A stretch of DNA of 41,704 nt from a bacterium (lineage in GTDB: Bacteria > Ratteibacteria > UBA8468 > B48-G9 > JAFGKM01): NCBI GenBank assembly GCA_029548585.1, contig JAKPNC010000143.1:1-41704 (forward strand), written 5' to 3'. Positions 1 through 11,485 of the stretch are shown in pieces (positions within the stretch are counted from its first letter, which is position 1; every line of letters starts with the position of its first letter). Both the position numbers and the translations under genes were made by a program. The notes under the pieces were generated by a model. That model was not told the DNA's origin, did not search any database, and saw only the letters and a program-made list of their open reading frames with translations.

Positions 1-1
1 T

Positions 2-496
2 ACCACCGCCGCCATCGTGGAAGATACGCTCTCTTCCTCCCACAAGAAACCTGATTACGAGATCCTTGTTCCCCTTCAGCTTCTCAAGCAGGCCGAGCAT
101 ACTACCAGGATCTTCAACATAGTCCTCGGGGCCATTGCCGCGATATCCCTTATCGTGGGAGGCATAGGCATCATGAACATAATGCTTGCAACCGTGACCG
201 AAAGGACCAGGGAGATAGGCATAAGAAGGGCCCTTGGCGCAAAGAGGAAGGATATCATAAACCAGTTCCTCGTTGAAGCCATAATCCTGTCTGCAATAGG
301 AGGGGTGATAGGGGTTTTTCTCGGCGTAAGCATACCGGCTATAGTCACGAAATTCGCAGACATGGTCACGATTGTGACATACTGGTCTATCATAATAGCT
401 TTCGGCATATCCGTTGCCATAGGCATTACCTTCGGCATATATCCCGCGAGAAAGGCGGCGTGGCTCGATCCCATAGAAGCGCTGCGCCACGAGTGA
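2..496 (+). CDS. ABC transporter permease, MacB/FtsX family, C-terminal part (5' end lies outside the window)
   Basis: The reading frame is open to the window edge. The translation [45 protein letters not shown], followed by two more TM helices, is the conserved FtsX-domain end of MacB/LolCE-type permeases. Confidence 0.8.
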   Translation, partial: TTAAIVEDTLSSSHKKPDYEILVPLQLLKQAEHTTRIFNIVLGAIAAISLIVGGIGIMNIMLATVTERTREIGIRRALGAKRKDIINQFLVEAIILSAIGGVIGVFLGVSIPAIVTKFADMVTIVTYWSIIIAFGISVAIGITFGIYPARKAAWLDPIEALRHE

Positions 497-741
497 TAAC
501 ACAATTTATTTCATAGGATATTTTCCCGTTCGGCAGAAAGCTTTGTCATGATAAGTGAGCATTCTTCCCTGCTTTTTTCCCATCTGCCGTGTATATGGCG
601 AACTCAATTTGTTATTGCTATAATTTCAGTTGAGAATCGGTTCGTAAGTGAAGGATGTTTCTCATAAAGGATTGCGGGATTTGAGGCTGCCCTTGGGCTG
701 GATAGGATATGGCGGCACCGTTAGGTTTTGGCTTCAAAGCT

Positions 742-1608
742 CTAATACTTTTGGGGGGAATCCCAGAACCACGGATCGAGGGCCTTATTGTCCACGGGGC
801 ATGTACCCTTTGGAGATACCAATGTACGGTTTGGCCACCTTCCGCAGTCAAACCTCGTCTTTTCATCCCTTGCCATATCAACCGGGCATTTGCCGTAAAG
901 CTTGTGTAATCCTTCATATGTCTGGCACCCGTCTGAAGTTCTGTGGCATTCCTCACAGACAACCTTGGGCACGAAGGCCGCTCCGATCCTCGGGAAGTAT
1001 CCTTCGAACCTCACATTACCGCCGCACTCGATGCACGTGTAACCCCGAAACGATGTAAATCCGGTGTTCAAAAACTGTATTTCCTTCTTCGAGTAATCGA
1101 ATTCGTCGGGGTAAGTTGTGGGCAGGAATATCATCTTTGGAGCCTTAATGCCCGCTCTCTCAAGCTTCTCGTAAACAGGAGGCATCAACCTTACGATTCT
1201 CATGGCAATCTTGCTCCTGTGGACTTCGAGGGCGGAATTGTAAGATGCGCTCATGATGAAGAAAAGCATGGCGCTGAATATAATACCTTCAACCGTCCCA
1301 GGGATAATCCCGGCTATCTTGTCTGCCACATGTTTCAGGTCAACCCGCTTTTTGAGGGATTCGATAAGAATGACAAGAAGCAGGATGAAAAAGAGGGCGC
1401 ATATTATAAAAAGGAAGATTTCCGCGGCAGTCCCGGTTATATCGAACTGCTTGAAAAGCTTTACAGGGGCCCTGTAGACGAGGGATGCAAGAATGAATCC
1501 CCCGGTTATTCCCGCTATATCTCCGATGCTTGACACAAAGCCTCTGTAATAGCCCATAAGGAGGCTGCTCAGCATGATGATAATGGCAATGAGGTCAAAT
1601 CCTGTCAT
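742..1608 (-). CDS. CvpA-family membrane protein with a Cys-rich (zinc-ribbon-like) C-terminal extension
   Basis: 288 aa. The N-terminal ~165 aa have four hydrophobic helices and a start (MTGFDLIAIIIMLSSLLMGYYRGFV...IPGTVEGIIFSAMLF) typical of the colicin V production (CvpA) family. The C-terminal ~120 aa contain CIEC...CEEC plus four more Cys. Confidence 0.65.
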   Translation of the reverse strand: MTGFDLIAIIIMLSSLLMGYYRGFVSSIGDIAGITGGFILASLVYRAPVKLFKQFDITGTAAEIFLFIICALFFILLLVILIESLKKRVDLKHVADKIAGIIPGTVEGIIFSAMLFFIMSASYNSALEVHRSKIAMRIVRLMPPVYEKLERAGIKAPKMIFLPTTYPDEFDYSKKEIQFLNTGFTSFRGYTCIECGGNVRFEGYFPRIGAAFVPKVVCEECHRTSDGCQTYEGLHKLYGKCPVDMARDEKTRFDCGRWPNRTLVSPKGTCPVDNKALDPWFWDSPQKY

Positions 1609-1639
1609 CCCGATATATTAACATATAACCGTGAAAAAT

Positions 1640-1670
1640 AAAAGAGGGGAACACGTTCCCCTCTTTTATT
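1640..1670. terminator. Bidirectional rho-independent terminator hairpin
   Basis: AAAAGAGGGGAA-CACG-TTCCCCTCTTTT is a perfect 12-bp stem flanked by an A-run and a T-run. It lies directly downstream of the minus-strand gene 1692-2075. Confidence 0.6.
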
Positions 1671-1691
1671 TGTTACAAGCTGCAGGCACTC

Positions 1692-2075
1692 TTACTCAAA
1701 CTTCCTGCGCCGTTCACCCGGTTTTTCCATTCCGGGAGGCGCGTTTTTCTTTCCTTCAAACCTCCGGTTCTTCCACTCCTTTTTCATTTCCTCGTTCTTT
1801 CTTTTAAGTTCCATGTACTCAGGATTGTCGGATAGCTTTGAATTGAGCTTTTCCCTCATCTTCATGTTCAGAGATTTCATCTCCTCTGAAAGGGCCTTCA
1901 GTTCAGGATCGTTTTTAATGGCATTCCTTTCTATTTCTCTCATACTCTGGCCAATCTTGAGAGCCTCTTTAAGCTGTTCTCTTAACTCCTGGTTGGCCGG
2001 TACTTCCTCTGCCGGTAATACGAACGCGCAACAGAGAAACAGAAGGGCTGAAATAAGTATCATCTTACTTTTCAT
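1692..2075 (-). CDS. Small secreted K/E-rich helical protein (possibly Spy/CpxP-like periplasmic protein)
   Basis: I chose the internal start (MKSKMILISALLFLCCAFVLPAEE signal peptide) because GGAGGTG lies 6 nt upstream. The mature part is a highly charged, predicted coiled coil. No diagnostic motif was recognised. Confidence 0.5.
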   Translation of the reverse strand: MKSKMILISALLFLCCAFVLPAEEVPANQELREQLKEALKIGQSMREIERNAIKNDPELKALSEEMKSLNMKMREKLNSKLSDNPEYMELKRKNEEMKKEWKNRRFEGKKNAPPGMEKPGERRRKFE

Positions 2076-2193
2076 CTGCCTCACCTCCTCTTCTTTGAGT
2101 TCCTTCTTAAAAATCAGGATTCCCGCGCTTCTTTTACGCAATACGGTCTGCAGCGAACGGCTCTTTTTTCTGCCATCCCTTAATCTTAGACGA

Positions 2194-2228
2194 TTGACAT
2201 TGGCTGAGGTTTAGTGTAAAGTTATATT
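2194..2228 (+). promoter_or_regulatory. Promoter-like elements immediately upstream of the HAD gene
   Basis: Two registers fit: TTGACA (2194-2199)-N17-TAAAGT (2217-2222), or TTGGCT (2200-2205)-N17-TATATT (2223-2228). The ATG is at 2233 with no SD, so the leader would be 0-4 nt. Confidence 0.3.
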
Positions 2229-2232
2229 CCAA

Positions 2233-2886
2233 ATGAAAGAAAAGAAAAAGGCAGCCATATTCGATCTTGACGGGACGCTGGTGGATGCTTACCGGGCCAT
2301 AACCTGCACTTTTAACGATGCGCTGGAAACCATGGGATATCCCCCGGTTCCCATTGAAAAGGTGAGAAGGTCCGTAGGCGGGGGAAGCGCCGGTCTCGCC
2401 TCAAGGTTTGTCAGGAAAGAGGATGTCCCGAAACTGATGGATCTGTACGGTAAAAACTACGCGAAATTTCTCGCTGGAAGGGTCGGCCTCCTTGAAGGAT
2501 GCGAAGGACTTCTTGAATTCCTCTCCGGAAAGGGGATTAAGCTATGCGTGGCAACCAACAGGTCCCGGTATACCGTTCCGGGATTGCTCGACGAATTGAA
2601 GATCGGGAGATATTTTGATATAATATGTACGGCTGATGACGTGGTAAACCCCAAGCCCGATCCTGGAATGATCATCAGCATAATGGATGCATGCGGGGCA
2701 AATCCCGGAGAGGTTTTTTATACCGGCGACATGGATATAGATTTTTTCACCGGCCGCAATGCCGGGGTTGATACCTACATAGTTTCAACCGGATCGACTC
2801 CGCGGGAGGATCTTGAGAAGATTGGAGGGATAAACCTCTTCGATAACCTTGTTTCCCTGAAATCTTTCCTGGAAGGAAGCATGTGA
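2233..2886 (+). CDS. HAD-superfamily hydrolase (phosphoglycolate phosphatase-like)
   Basis: 217 aa. Motif I is AAIFDLDGTLVD, motif II is VATNRS, and motif IV region is YTGDMDIDFFTGRNAG. Confidence 0.8.
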   Translation: MKEKKKAAIFDLDGTLVDAYRAITCTFNDALETMGYPPVPIEKVRRSVGGGSAGLASRFVRKEDVPKLMDLYGKNYAKFLAGRVGLLEGCEGLLEFLSGKGIKLCVATNRSRYTVPGLLDELKIGRYFDIICTADDVVNPKPDPGMIISIMDACGANPGEVFYTGDMDIDFFTGRNAGVDTYIVSTGSTPREDLEKIGGINLFDNLVSLKSFLEGSM

Positions 2887-2924
2887 ATATTAAAAAATCA
2901 GCCAGGCCATGTTCGACTGTCTGA

Positions 2925-4208
<1,284 letters not shown>

Positions 4209-4216
4209 GGGGGCAC

Positions 4217-4486
4217 ATGAAAAGGCGGAGCAAGACAAGGCTGCGCATATTGCTACTCTGTCTGTTCTTTTCGCTTATAAGCCTGCCACGGCTTGTGAAT
4301 ATGGTCAGGCAGGAGAGACTCTTCCAGCATTATGCGAGCGAGGTGAAAAGGCTCGAGCAGGAGAACACGTCTCTCCTGGAAAGGATAGAAGCCCTCAATT
4401 CCGACCCTTATTATACCGAGAAAATCCTGCGCGACAATTTCGGATACATAAGGGACGGCGAGTATGTTTACAGGATAAAGGATTGA
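4217..4486 (+). CDS. ftsB: Septum formation initiator FtsB/DivIC family protein
   Basis: 89 aa with an N-terminal TM helix, a coiled coil, and the C-terminal YYTEKILRDNFGYIRDGEYVYRI. It sits 9 nt after eno, the classic eno-ftsB synteny. Confidence 0.75.
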   Translation: MKRRSKTRLRILLLCLFFSLISLPRLVNMVRQERLFQHYASEVKRLEQENTSLLERIEALNSDPYYTEKILRDNFGYIRDGEYVYRIKD

Positions 4487-4671
4487 ACCATCTTACCGCC
4501 GGCGGGTTTACTGGTGCGAATACATATCGTATTCTCCCGCGCATTGGCGGGAAGGCGTTGATACCTGAAATCCCCACCGGAGGGGTATTGGATATTGTCG
4601 CAACTATGACGGCGCATGAAGTTGCGGTATCCTGCTGCCGGGCGCGGCTTTCGGGATGCGCATATCAATAA

Positions 4672-5955
<1,284 letters not shown>

Positions 5956-6017
5956 TTGATGCCGGAAGCCCCAGGCGGGAGGAGAGACTTCCGGGCCAAA
6001 AAAAAGGAGATGATCCA

Positions 6018-6881
6018 ATGAAAATATCCCTTTGCACAATCAGCCTTATAAACCATGCAGGTTCACTGGAAGAAGTCTTCCAGGTGATGAACAAGACGGG
6101 AATAAAGTATGCCGATGCGAGGGCATCGGATCCGAAGTCCCATGTGCTCAGGTCCATGGACAGGGAAGAGCGCAGGGGCGTTCTGGCCCTGGCGAAAAAG
6201 TACGGCATAAGCATATGCTCTCTTGCCGGTTCGATAGGAGGCAAGCTCTCTTCCGAAAATGAAGAGATCAGGGACACGGAACTTGCCGAAATGAAGAAGG
6301 AGATAGATCTTGCCGCCGAACTCGGGGCAGGAGTGATAAGGGTGGGGACAGGCGTGCCTTACAATCCGGATCCCTGCCTTGTTTACGACAAGTCTATCCT
6401 GGAGAGGGTTCTTCCATACCAGAAGGAAGCCGCTTCATATGCTGAGAAGAAAGGGGTCAGGATGGGAGTCGAAAACCACGGACTCAATTTCAGCGCATAC
6501 ACCGACAAGCTCGCAGATTTCTGTTCGAGGGTCGGATCCAGAAGTTTCGGGGTGATATACGAGCCGGGCAATTTATTCGGGAATTCAAAGGATTACCGGA
6601 AAGGTTTTCATGACCAGAAAGATTACATCGTCCACGTTCACCTCAAGGACGGGTACCCGTTCAGGTTTCCGGGAAGCATAGAGGCGAGCTTGTACTGCAC
6701 GGTTTACGGCCAAGGGAAACTGGATATACCCTGGGTGATAAAGAACCTCAAGGATATAGATTACAAGGGATTTGTTTCAATAGAGTACGAGGCATGGCAT
6801 CCCGAGTACAACCTTCCGGCGCCCGAAACAGGCATTGCGGAATGCCGGAAATACCTGGAAAGGGTAATCGGCCTTGTTTGA
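6018..6881 (+). CDS. Sugar phosphate isomerase/epimerase (xylose isomerase-like TIM barrel family)
   Basis: 287 aa. The pattern of GVENHG, VHVHLKD and SIEYE metal-ligand-style motifs is typical of the AP_endonuc_2/IolE-like TIM barrel family. Confidence 0.7.
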   Translation: MKISLCTISLINHAGSLEEVFQVMNKTGIKYADARASDPKSHVLRSMDREERRGVLALAKKYGISICSLAGSIGGKLSSENEEIRDTELAEMKKEIDLAAELGAGVIRVGTGVPYNPDPCLVYDKSILERVLPYQKEAASYAEKKGVRMGVENHGLNFSAYTDKLADFCSRVGSRSFGVIYEPGNLFGNSKDYRKGFHDQKDYIVHVHLKDGYPFRFPGSIEASLYCTVYGQGKLDIPWVIKNLKDIDYKGFVSIEYEAWHPEYNLPAPETGIAECRKYLERVIGLV

Positions 6882-6956
6882 ATACCGTATTGAAGTTAAT
6901 ATCACGACCGTATCCGGACGCTTTGTTTGTGCGTCCCCTGCGGCAAAGGAGGCATA

Positions 6957-7976
6957 ATGGAAAGGCTGAAGATGGGAGTAATAGGAGCTGGCTTTATAGG
7001 GACCTATCATGCCCGAATATACGCCGAGTCTTTCGGCGCTGAGCTGAAGGCCATTGCAGACGTGGACAAGAAGAGGGGCCCGGGACTGAAGAAGGATTTC
7101 GGGTGTTCTTTCTACACCGATTACCGCGAGATGCTTGAGAAGGAGGATCTGGATGCTGTCGACATCTGCCTTCCCGACGACAATCACGTTGAACCGGCTG
7201 TAGCCGCTGCAAACGCCGGCAAGCACATACTTCTTGAAAAGCCCATGGCAAGAACGGTAAAGGAATGCAAAAAGATCCGGGAGGCATGCGAGAAAAACGG
7301 GGTCAGGCTGATGATAGGCCATGTTGTCAGGTTTGACCCGGGATACAACAGGGTGCACGATGCCGTCAGGAAAGGCGAGATCGGCAACGTTATACATATT
7401 TCGGCCGGCCGGAGAAACAGCAAGCTTCTTGCCCAGAGGATTAAGGATTCCACTTCCATGCTTTACTACGTGGGCATACATGATATAGATGCCGTACAGT
7501 GGTGCGCGCGTAAAAGGATTACCCGCGTTTTTGCCCAGCGGGTTGTCAAGGAAAATAAGAAATGGAAAAGTGAGGACTGCATTTTCGTTCTCGCAAACCT
7601 CGGTCCGGATACGGTTGCCAGCCTTGAATTCAGCTGGGTTCTCCCTGCCAACAGTCCCTGCGGCCTGAAGTCAAATCTCGAGATCTACGGTTCAAAGGCA
7701 ACCGCCATGCTTCACAAGTTCAACCAGGGAGTCGAGATATTCAAGGAGAAGGACACGGATCTTCCCTACGAGCTTTACGATATTTCCCACTGGCCCGAAT
7801 GCAACAACCGGATTGATGGCGCGCTCAAGGCTGAACTCGACCATTTTGTAGATGCCATCCTGCATAAAAGGAAGTTTGTCATGGATCTCGATGACATGAT
7901 TAGCGCTGTCAATGTTATCGAGGCTATAATGGAGTCATACAGGAAGGATGTCCCGGTTGACGTCAAGCCTCTTTGA
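6957..7976 (+). CDS. Gfo/Idh/MocA family NAD(P)-dependent oxidoreductase
   Basis: I chose the start at MERLKMGVIGAGFIGTYHA because AAGGAGG lies upstream. It has the Rossmann GxGxxG at the N-terminus and the family motif LLEKPMA. Confidence 0.8.
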   Translation: MERLKMGVIGAGFIGTYHARIYAESFGAELKAIADVDKKRGPGLKKDFGCSFYTDYREMLEKEDLDAVDICLPDDNHVEPAVAAANAGKHILLEKPMARTVKECKKIREACEKNGVRLMIGHVVRFDPGYNRVHDAVRKGEIGNVIHISAGRRNSKLLAQRIKDSTSMLYYVGIHDIDAVQWCARKRITRVFAQRVVKENKKWKSEDCIFVLANLGPDTVASLEFSWVLPANSPCGLKSNLEIYGSKATAMLHKFNQGVEIFKEKDTDLPYELYDISHWPECNNRIDGALKAELDHFVDAILHKRKFVMDLDDMISAVNVIEAIMESYRKDVPVDVKPL

Positions 7977-7989
7977 AAAAAGTTTAGAA

Positions 7990-8029
7990 AGAAGCAGTAA
8001 GATGGAAACTCCTTGCTGCTTCTTTTTTA
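7990..8029 (+). terminator. Rho-independent terminator after the oxidoreductase gene
   Basis: AGAAGCAGTAAG-(10-nt loop)-CTTGCTGCTTCT forms a 12-bp stem with one G-U pair, followed by TTTTT. Confidence 0.7.
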
Positions 8030-8093
8030 TCCCGGCCTCCAAAGGACCGGTTTTCCATGCCATGTCTTACCTCAGGGATAGAAGGAGGTGTTT

Positions 8094-9500
8094 ATGATTT
8101 CAGAAAAATCAACATTCGCTCTTTTTTTCGGCAACAGGGGGTTCTTTCCCGGGTCACTGATTTCATCTGCAAGGGAAGAAATGTCAGGGGTTCTAAAGAG
8201 AATGGGACATAAAGTCATCATGCTCGACGAGAAATTAACCCGTTTCGGAGCCGTGGAAACCCCTGCGGAAGGTATGAAATACGCCGAATTCCTCTCCTGC
8301 AACAGGGGCAGGTTTGACGGGATCATTCTTTCCCTGCCCAATTTCGGGGACGAGAACGGGACGATAGCCGCACTGAGGGACTGCGGCGTTCCCATACTTA
8401 TACAGGCCTATCCCGACGAGCTCGACAAGATGGGTCCCCAGTTCAGGAGGGATGCTTTCTGCGGCAAATTCTCCATAATGAATCTCTTCTGCCAGCACGG
8501 TCTTCCCTTTACCGTCATTTCACCCCACACCGTGCGTCCGAAAGACGAAAGGTTTTGCGGCCACGTGGATTATTTTGACAGGCTGTGCAGAGTTGTTAAG
8601 GCCATGAGGCGCATGAGGGTGGGCGCCGTAGGCGCAAGGACGACGCCTTTCAAAACGGTACGCATAGACGAATCCGCGCTTGAAGAACACGGAATAACGA
8701 CCGAGACTTTCGACCTTTCATACGTCTTTTCGAAAATCGAAGGAGTAAAGATTTCAGACAAGCCGTTCAAAAAGAAATCCGCCTCGCTCAAGGATTATTC
8801 CAACTGGCAGGGCGTTCCACGTTCCAGTTTTGAAAAACTTGTCCGTTTGGCGGTTGTCTTCGATTCGATGATTGAAGAGAACGGCCTTGATGCGATCGCC
8901 GTGAGGTGCTGGGACGAAATGCAGAGGTTCGTCGGCATTTCTCCATGCGTGGTGCTGAGCGAAATAAATAACAGGGGCATTCCCGCAGCCTGCGAGGTGG
9001 ACGTTGGCAATGCCGTTACCATGTTTGCACTGGGAAAGGCGGCAGGGAGCCCTGTCACGTGCCTTGACTGGAACAATAATTACGGAGAGGACGATGATAA
9101 GTGTATCCTCTTTCACTGCGGCCCGGTGCCCAGGAAGATGATGAAAACCGAGGGAAGGATAGTTGATCATGCCATCCTTGCAAACTCCCTCGGGCAGGGA
9201 TGTTCCTTCGGGTGCAACCAGGGTCGTATCACCGAAGGTCCATTTACCTACGGGAGCATGCTTACCCGCAAGGGAAACCTTGAATTCTACCTCGGGCAGG
9301 GTGTTTTCACCGACGATCCCATACCGGATGATTTCTTCGGTTGTGCCGGGGTTGCAAGGATTGAAGGGCTGCAGGAAGTGGTCAGGACAATCGGATGCCT
9401 GGGCCACAGGCACCATGCGAGCGTCGTTCCCGGACACGTGATGGCTCCGGTGAGGGAAGCATTCGAGAAATATCTCGGATTTTCCCTGGTGACATTCTGA
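8094..9500 (+). CDS. L-fucose/L-arabinose isomerase family protein
   Basis: 468 aa from the ATG that lies 5 nt after GGAGGTG. The N-terminal FALFFGNRGFFPG...RRDAFCGKFSIMN pattern resembles the FucI-like family (COG2407). This call is by recall only. Confidence 0.55.
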   Translation: MISEKSTFALFFGNRGFFPGSLISSAREEMSGVLKRMGHKVIMLDEKLTRFGAVETPAEGMKYAEFLSCNRGRFDGIILSLPNFGDENGTIAALRDCGVPILIQAYPDELDKMGPQFRRDAFCGKFSIMNLFCQHGLPFTVISPHTVRPKDERFCGHVDYFDRLCRVVKAMRRMRVGAVGARTTPFKTVRIDESALEEHGITTETFDLSYVFSKIEGVKISDKPFKKKSASLKDYSNWQGVPRSSFEKLVRLAVVFDSMIEENGLDAIAVRCWDEMQRFVGISPCVVLSEINNRGIPAACEVDVGNAVTMFALGKAAGSPVTCLDWNNNYGEDDDKCILFHCGPVPRKMMKTEGRIVDHAILANSLGQGCSFGCNQGRITEGPFTYGSMLTRKGNLEFYLGQGVFTDDPIPDDFFGCAGVARIEGLQEVVRTIGCLGHRHHASVVPGHVMAPVREAFEKYLGFSLVTF

Positions 9501-9522
9501 TACCTTTAAGGCCAGTAAAATA

Positions 9523-11433
9523 ATGGATATCCGTTTCACTTTTCCTGGAGTGGTTTTCGCAGTGATGCTTTTACTCTGCAGCCCTTCTTTTTCTTCCGGC
9601 AGGGCCGTCTATTACACAGCCGACAGCATGAACGTTGAATTTGATACCTTTGGAGAAGCTGAAAAACTGGTGCTTTCGGGAAATGTCAGGATTTCTCTTG
9701 AGGAGGTTAACCTGGCCTGCGGGAAAGCGGTTTTCAACAAGGTGTCCGGCGAGATTGAGGCCAGTGAAGGCATAGAAGCCGAGACTCTCGAGGGGAAATT
9801 TACAGCCGAAAGACTTTCTTACAATGTTTACGAAGGCAGGGGAGTTCTTTTCAACGCTTCTTTTTCCGCCCCTCCCCTGTACGGCAGGGCGGAAAAAATC
9901 GAGAGGGAAAAGGAAACCCTTATTCTTCACAACGGGTATGTCACGACCTGCGACAGGCCTGAGCCCCACTACCGTTTTTCCGTCGACAGGCTCACATATG
10001 TTTACGGGGAATACCTGAGGGCGGAAAGGATGAGGTTCTTTTTGGGGAAAAATGTCTCAATCTTCTATTTCCCCAGGATTACCATTGACCAGAAGACGGG
10101 AGAGCCCCCTTTAGCGGTTTCTTCCAGCAGCAGCGCCAGGCTCGGGGAAACCTTCGACATGTCCTTCCAGCACCGTGTCTCCCGGGATGGGAGCCTGATA
10201 CTAAAGGAGAGGCTCAGCCTTGGCAACGAGGCTTTCGGTGTCGGCGCCGGGATCAGGTCTGTGAAGAATAACCTGGATGTTTCGGCTTTTCTTGCACACA
10301 GGTGGGACGGAAGCGATTGGCAAGGCGGCGGATGGGCCGGGCTGATAAGTCCAATCCCCTTTTTCGGCTCCCAGGGCAGACTGGTTGTTGACTGGCGGTG
10401 GATGGATGACAACGAGTTTTTCTACGATTTCTTCAGGGATCTTTATTCCGAAAAATTCAGGTCTTACAACCATTTTTCAGTTACATCCCTGCTGGGAGAA
10501 AACATTTTCAATATCGGGATAAGGGAGAACGCGGGAGACCCTTTTCTCGGAATTGAAAAAATGCCGGAGATAAGGTTTTTCACGCCTGAGCACAGGGTTC
10601 CCCGGCTTCCGGTATTTTTTGAAAACGACCTGAGGATAACCAATTTCCGGAAGGAAGGCGAATACTGGCAGAGGAGCATGGATACGGCCAGGATCTCGGC
10701 GAGGAAGAAAGCCGGCCGCTTTCTCCTGTCGCCATACCTTTCACTTACAGGGGCCGATTACAGGAATTCTGGAGACTCTATTTTCAATTTCAGAGGGGAA
10801 TCAGGCGCTTCAGCGTCCATGCTTCTGCGCAGGAATGAAGGCGATTTCACCGGGTATATAAGGCCTTCATTATCCATTTTCCGCAGGGACTCGAAGTACG
10901 ATCCCGGCGAACTTGAACCCTTTGACAGGGAAGAAACCCTGGATGACGGAACTTTTACGGCACTTGGCATGAGCTGGTCATCCTGGGAAAAAGATTCCTG
11001 CCTGGGAAGCGTTTCCATGGATAGCGTTTACAGCCTTGATGACGGCAGGTTCAGGGAAACCATTCTGAGGTACAGCCTCCGTATCGGGGAGAGGATAACG
11101 GTTTCCGGCGACAATGAATGGGACTTTGGCTCCGAAGGATCTTCTTTTGGAGTCAACGATATTATCTATGAATCGGGAAGGTACCGTTTCAACCTTGGCA
11201 CCAGGTATGATGACCAGGGAGACGTGTTCGGCCTTGCTGCCGGATTCCGGCATGATGTTAACAGCATGTGGCGTTACTCAATGAAGCTTTTCTACGATGT
11301 GGAGGAAAATTCATTCAACAGGCAGTCCCTTGACATCCGGAGAAAGCTCCACTGCTGGGAACTCAACCTGAGAATAGACAGGGATGACGACGGTTTTTCT
11401 TTTTACATCTTTGCATACCCTGTTTTCATATGA
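9523..11433 (+). CDS. lptD: LPS-assembly outer-membrane protein LptD (OstA) -like
   Basis: 636 aa with a signal peptide. The N-terminal OstA/LptA-like jellyroll (LVLSGNVRISLEEVNLACGKAVFNKVSGEIEASEG) is followed by a long beta-rich C-terminal region ending in an aromatic residue (YPVFI). Confidence 0.65.
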   Translation: MDIRFTFPGVVFAVMLLLCSPSFSSGRAVYYTADSMNVEFDTFGEAEKLVLSGNVRISLEEVNLACGKAVFNKVSGEIEASEGIEAETLEGKFTAERLSYNVYEGRGVLFNASFSAPPLYGRAEKIEREKETLILHNGYVTTCDRPEPHYRFSVDRLTYVYGEYLRAERMRFFLGKNVSIFYFPRITIDQKTGEPPLAVSSSSSARLGETFDMSFQHRVSRDGSLILKERLSLGNEAFGVGAGIRSVKNNLDVSAFLAHRWDGSDWQGGGWAGLISPIPFFGSQGRLVVDWRWMDDNEFFYDFFRDLYSEKFRSYNHFSVTSLLGENIFNIGIRENAGDPFLGIEKMPEIRFFTPEHRVPRLPVFFENDLRITNFRKEGEYWQRSMDTARISARKKAGRFLLSPYLSLTGADYRNSGDSIFNFRGESGASASMLLRRNEGDFTGYIRPSLSIFRRDSKYDPGELEPFDREETLDDGTFTALGMSWSSWEKDSCLGSVSMDSVYSLDDGRFRETILRYSLRIGERITVSGDNEWDFGSEGSSFGVNDIIYESGRYRFNLGTRYDDQGDVFGLAAGFRHDVNSMWRYSMKLFYDVEENSFNRQSLDIRRKLHCWELNLRIDRDDDGFSFYIFAYPVFI

Positions 11434-11485
11434 AGCTCCCATGCCGGAAAAGGTCCGGGGATACAAAAAAAGGAAAAAGGGCGGG

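Noticed and set aside
618-1058. ORFs 618-962 (minus strand), 648-1058 and 709-909 (plus strand) lie around the 3' end of the CvpA-family gene. A TATAAT box at 619-624 might drive an antisense RNA.
   Set aside because: The ORFs overlap the Cys-rich tail coding region in other frames and have no signals. The TATAAT has only a 3/6 match at -35 (TGGCGA), and such hexamers are common in AT-rich spacers.
5960-6010. The hairpin CCGGAAG-(19 nt)-CTTCCGG after serS could be a terminator.
   Set aside because: It has a large loop and is followed by an A-run, not a U-run, on the sense strand. The next gene starts 18 nt later with its own SD, so read-through is more likely.
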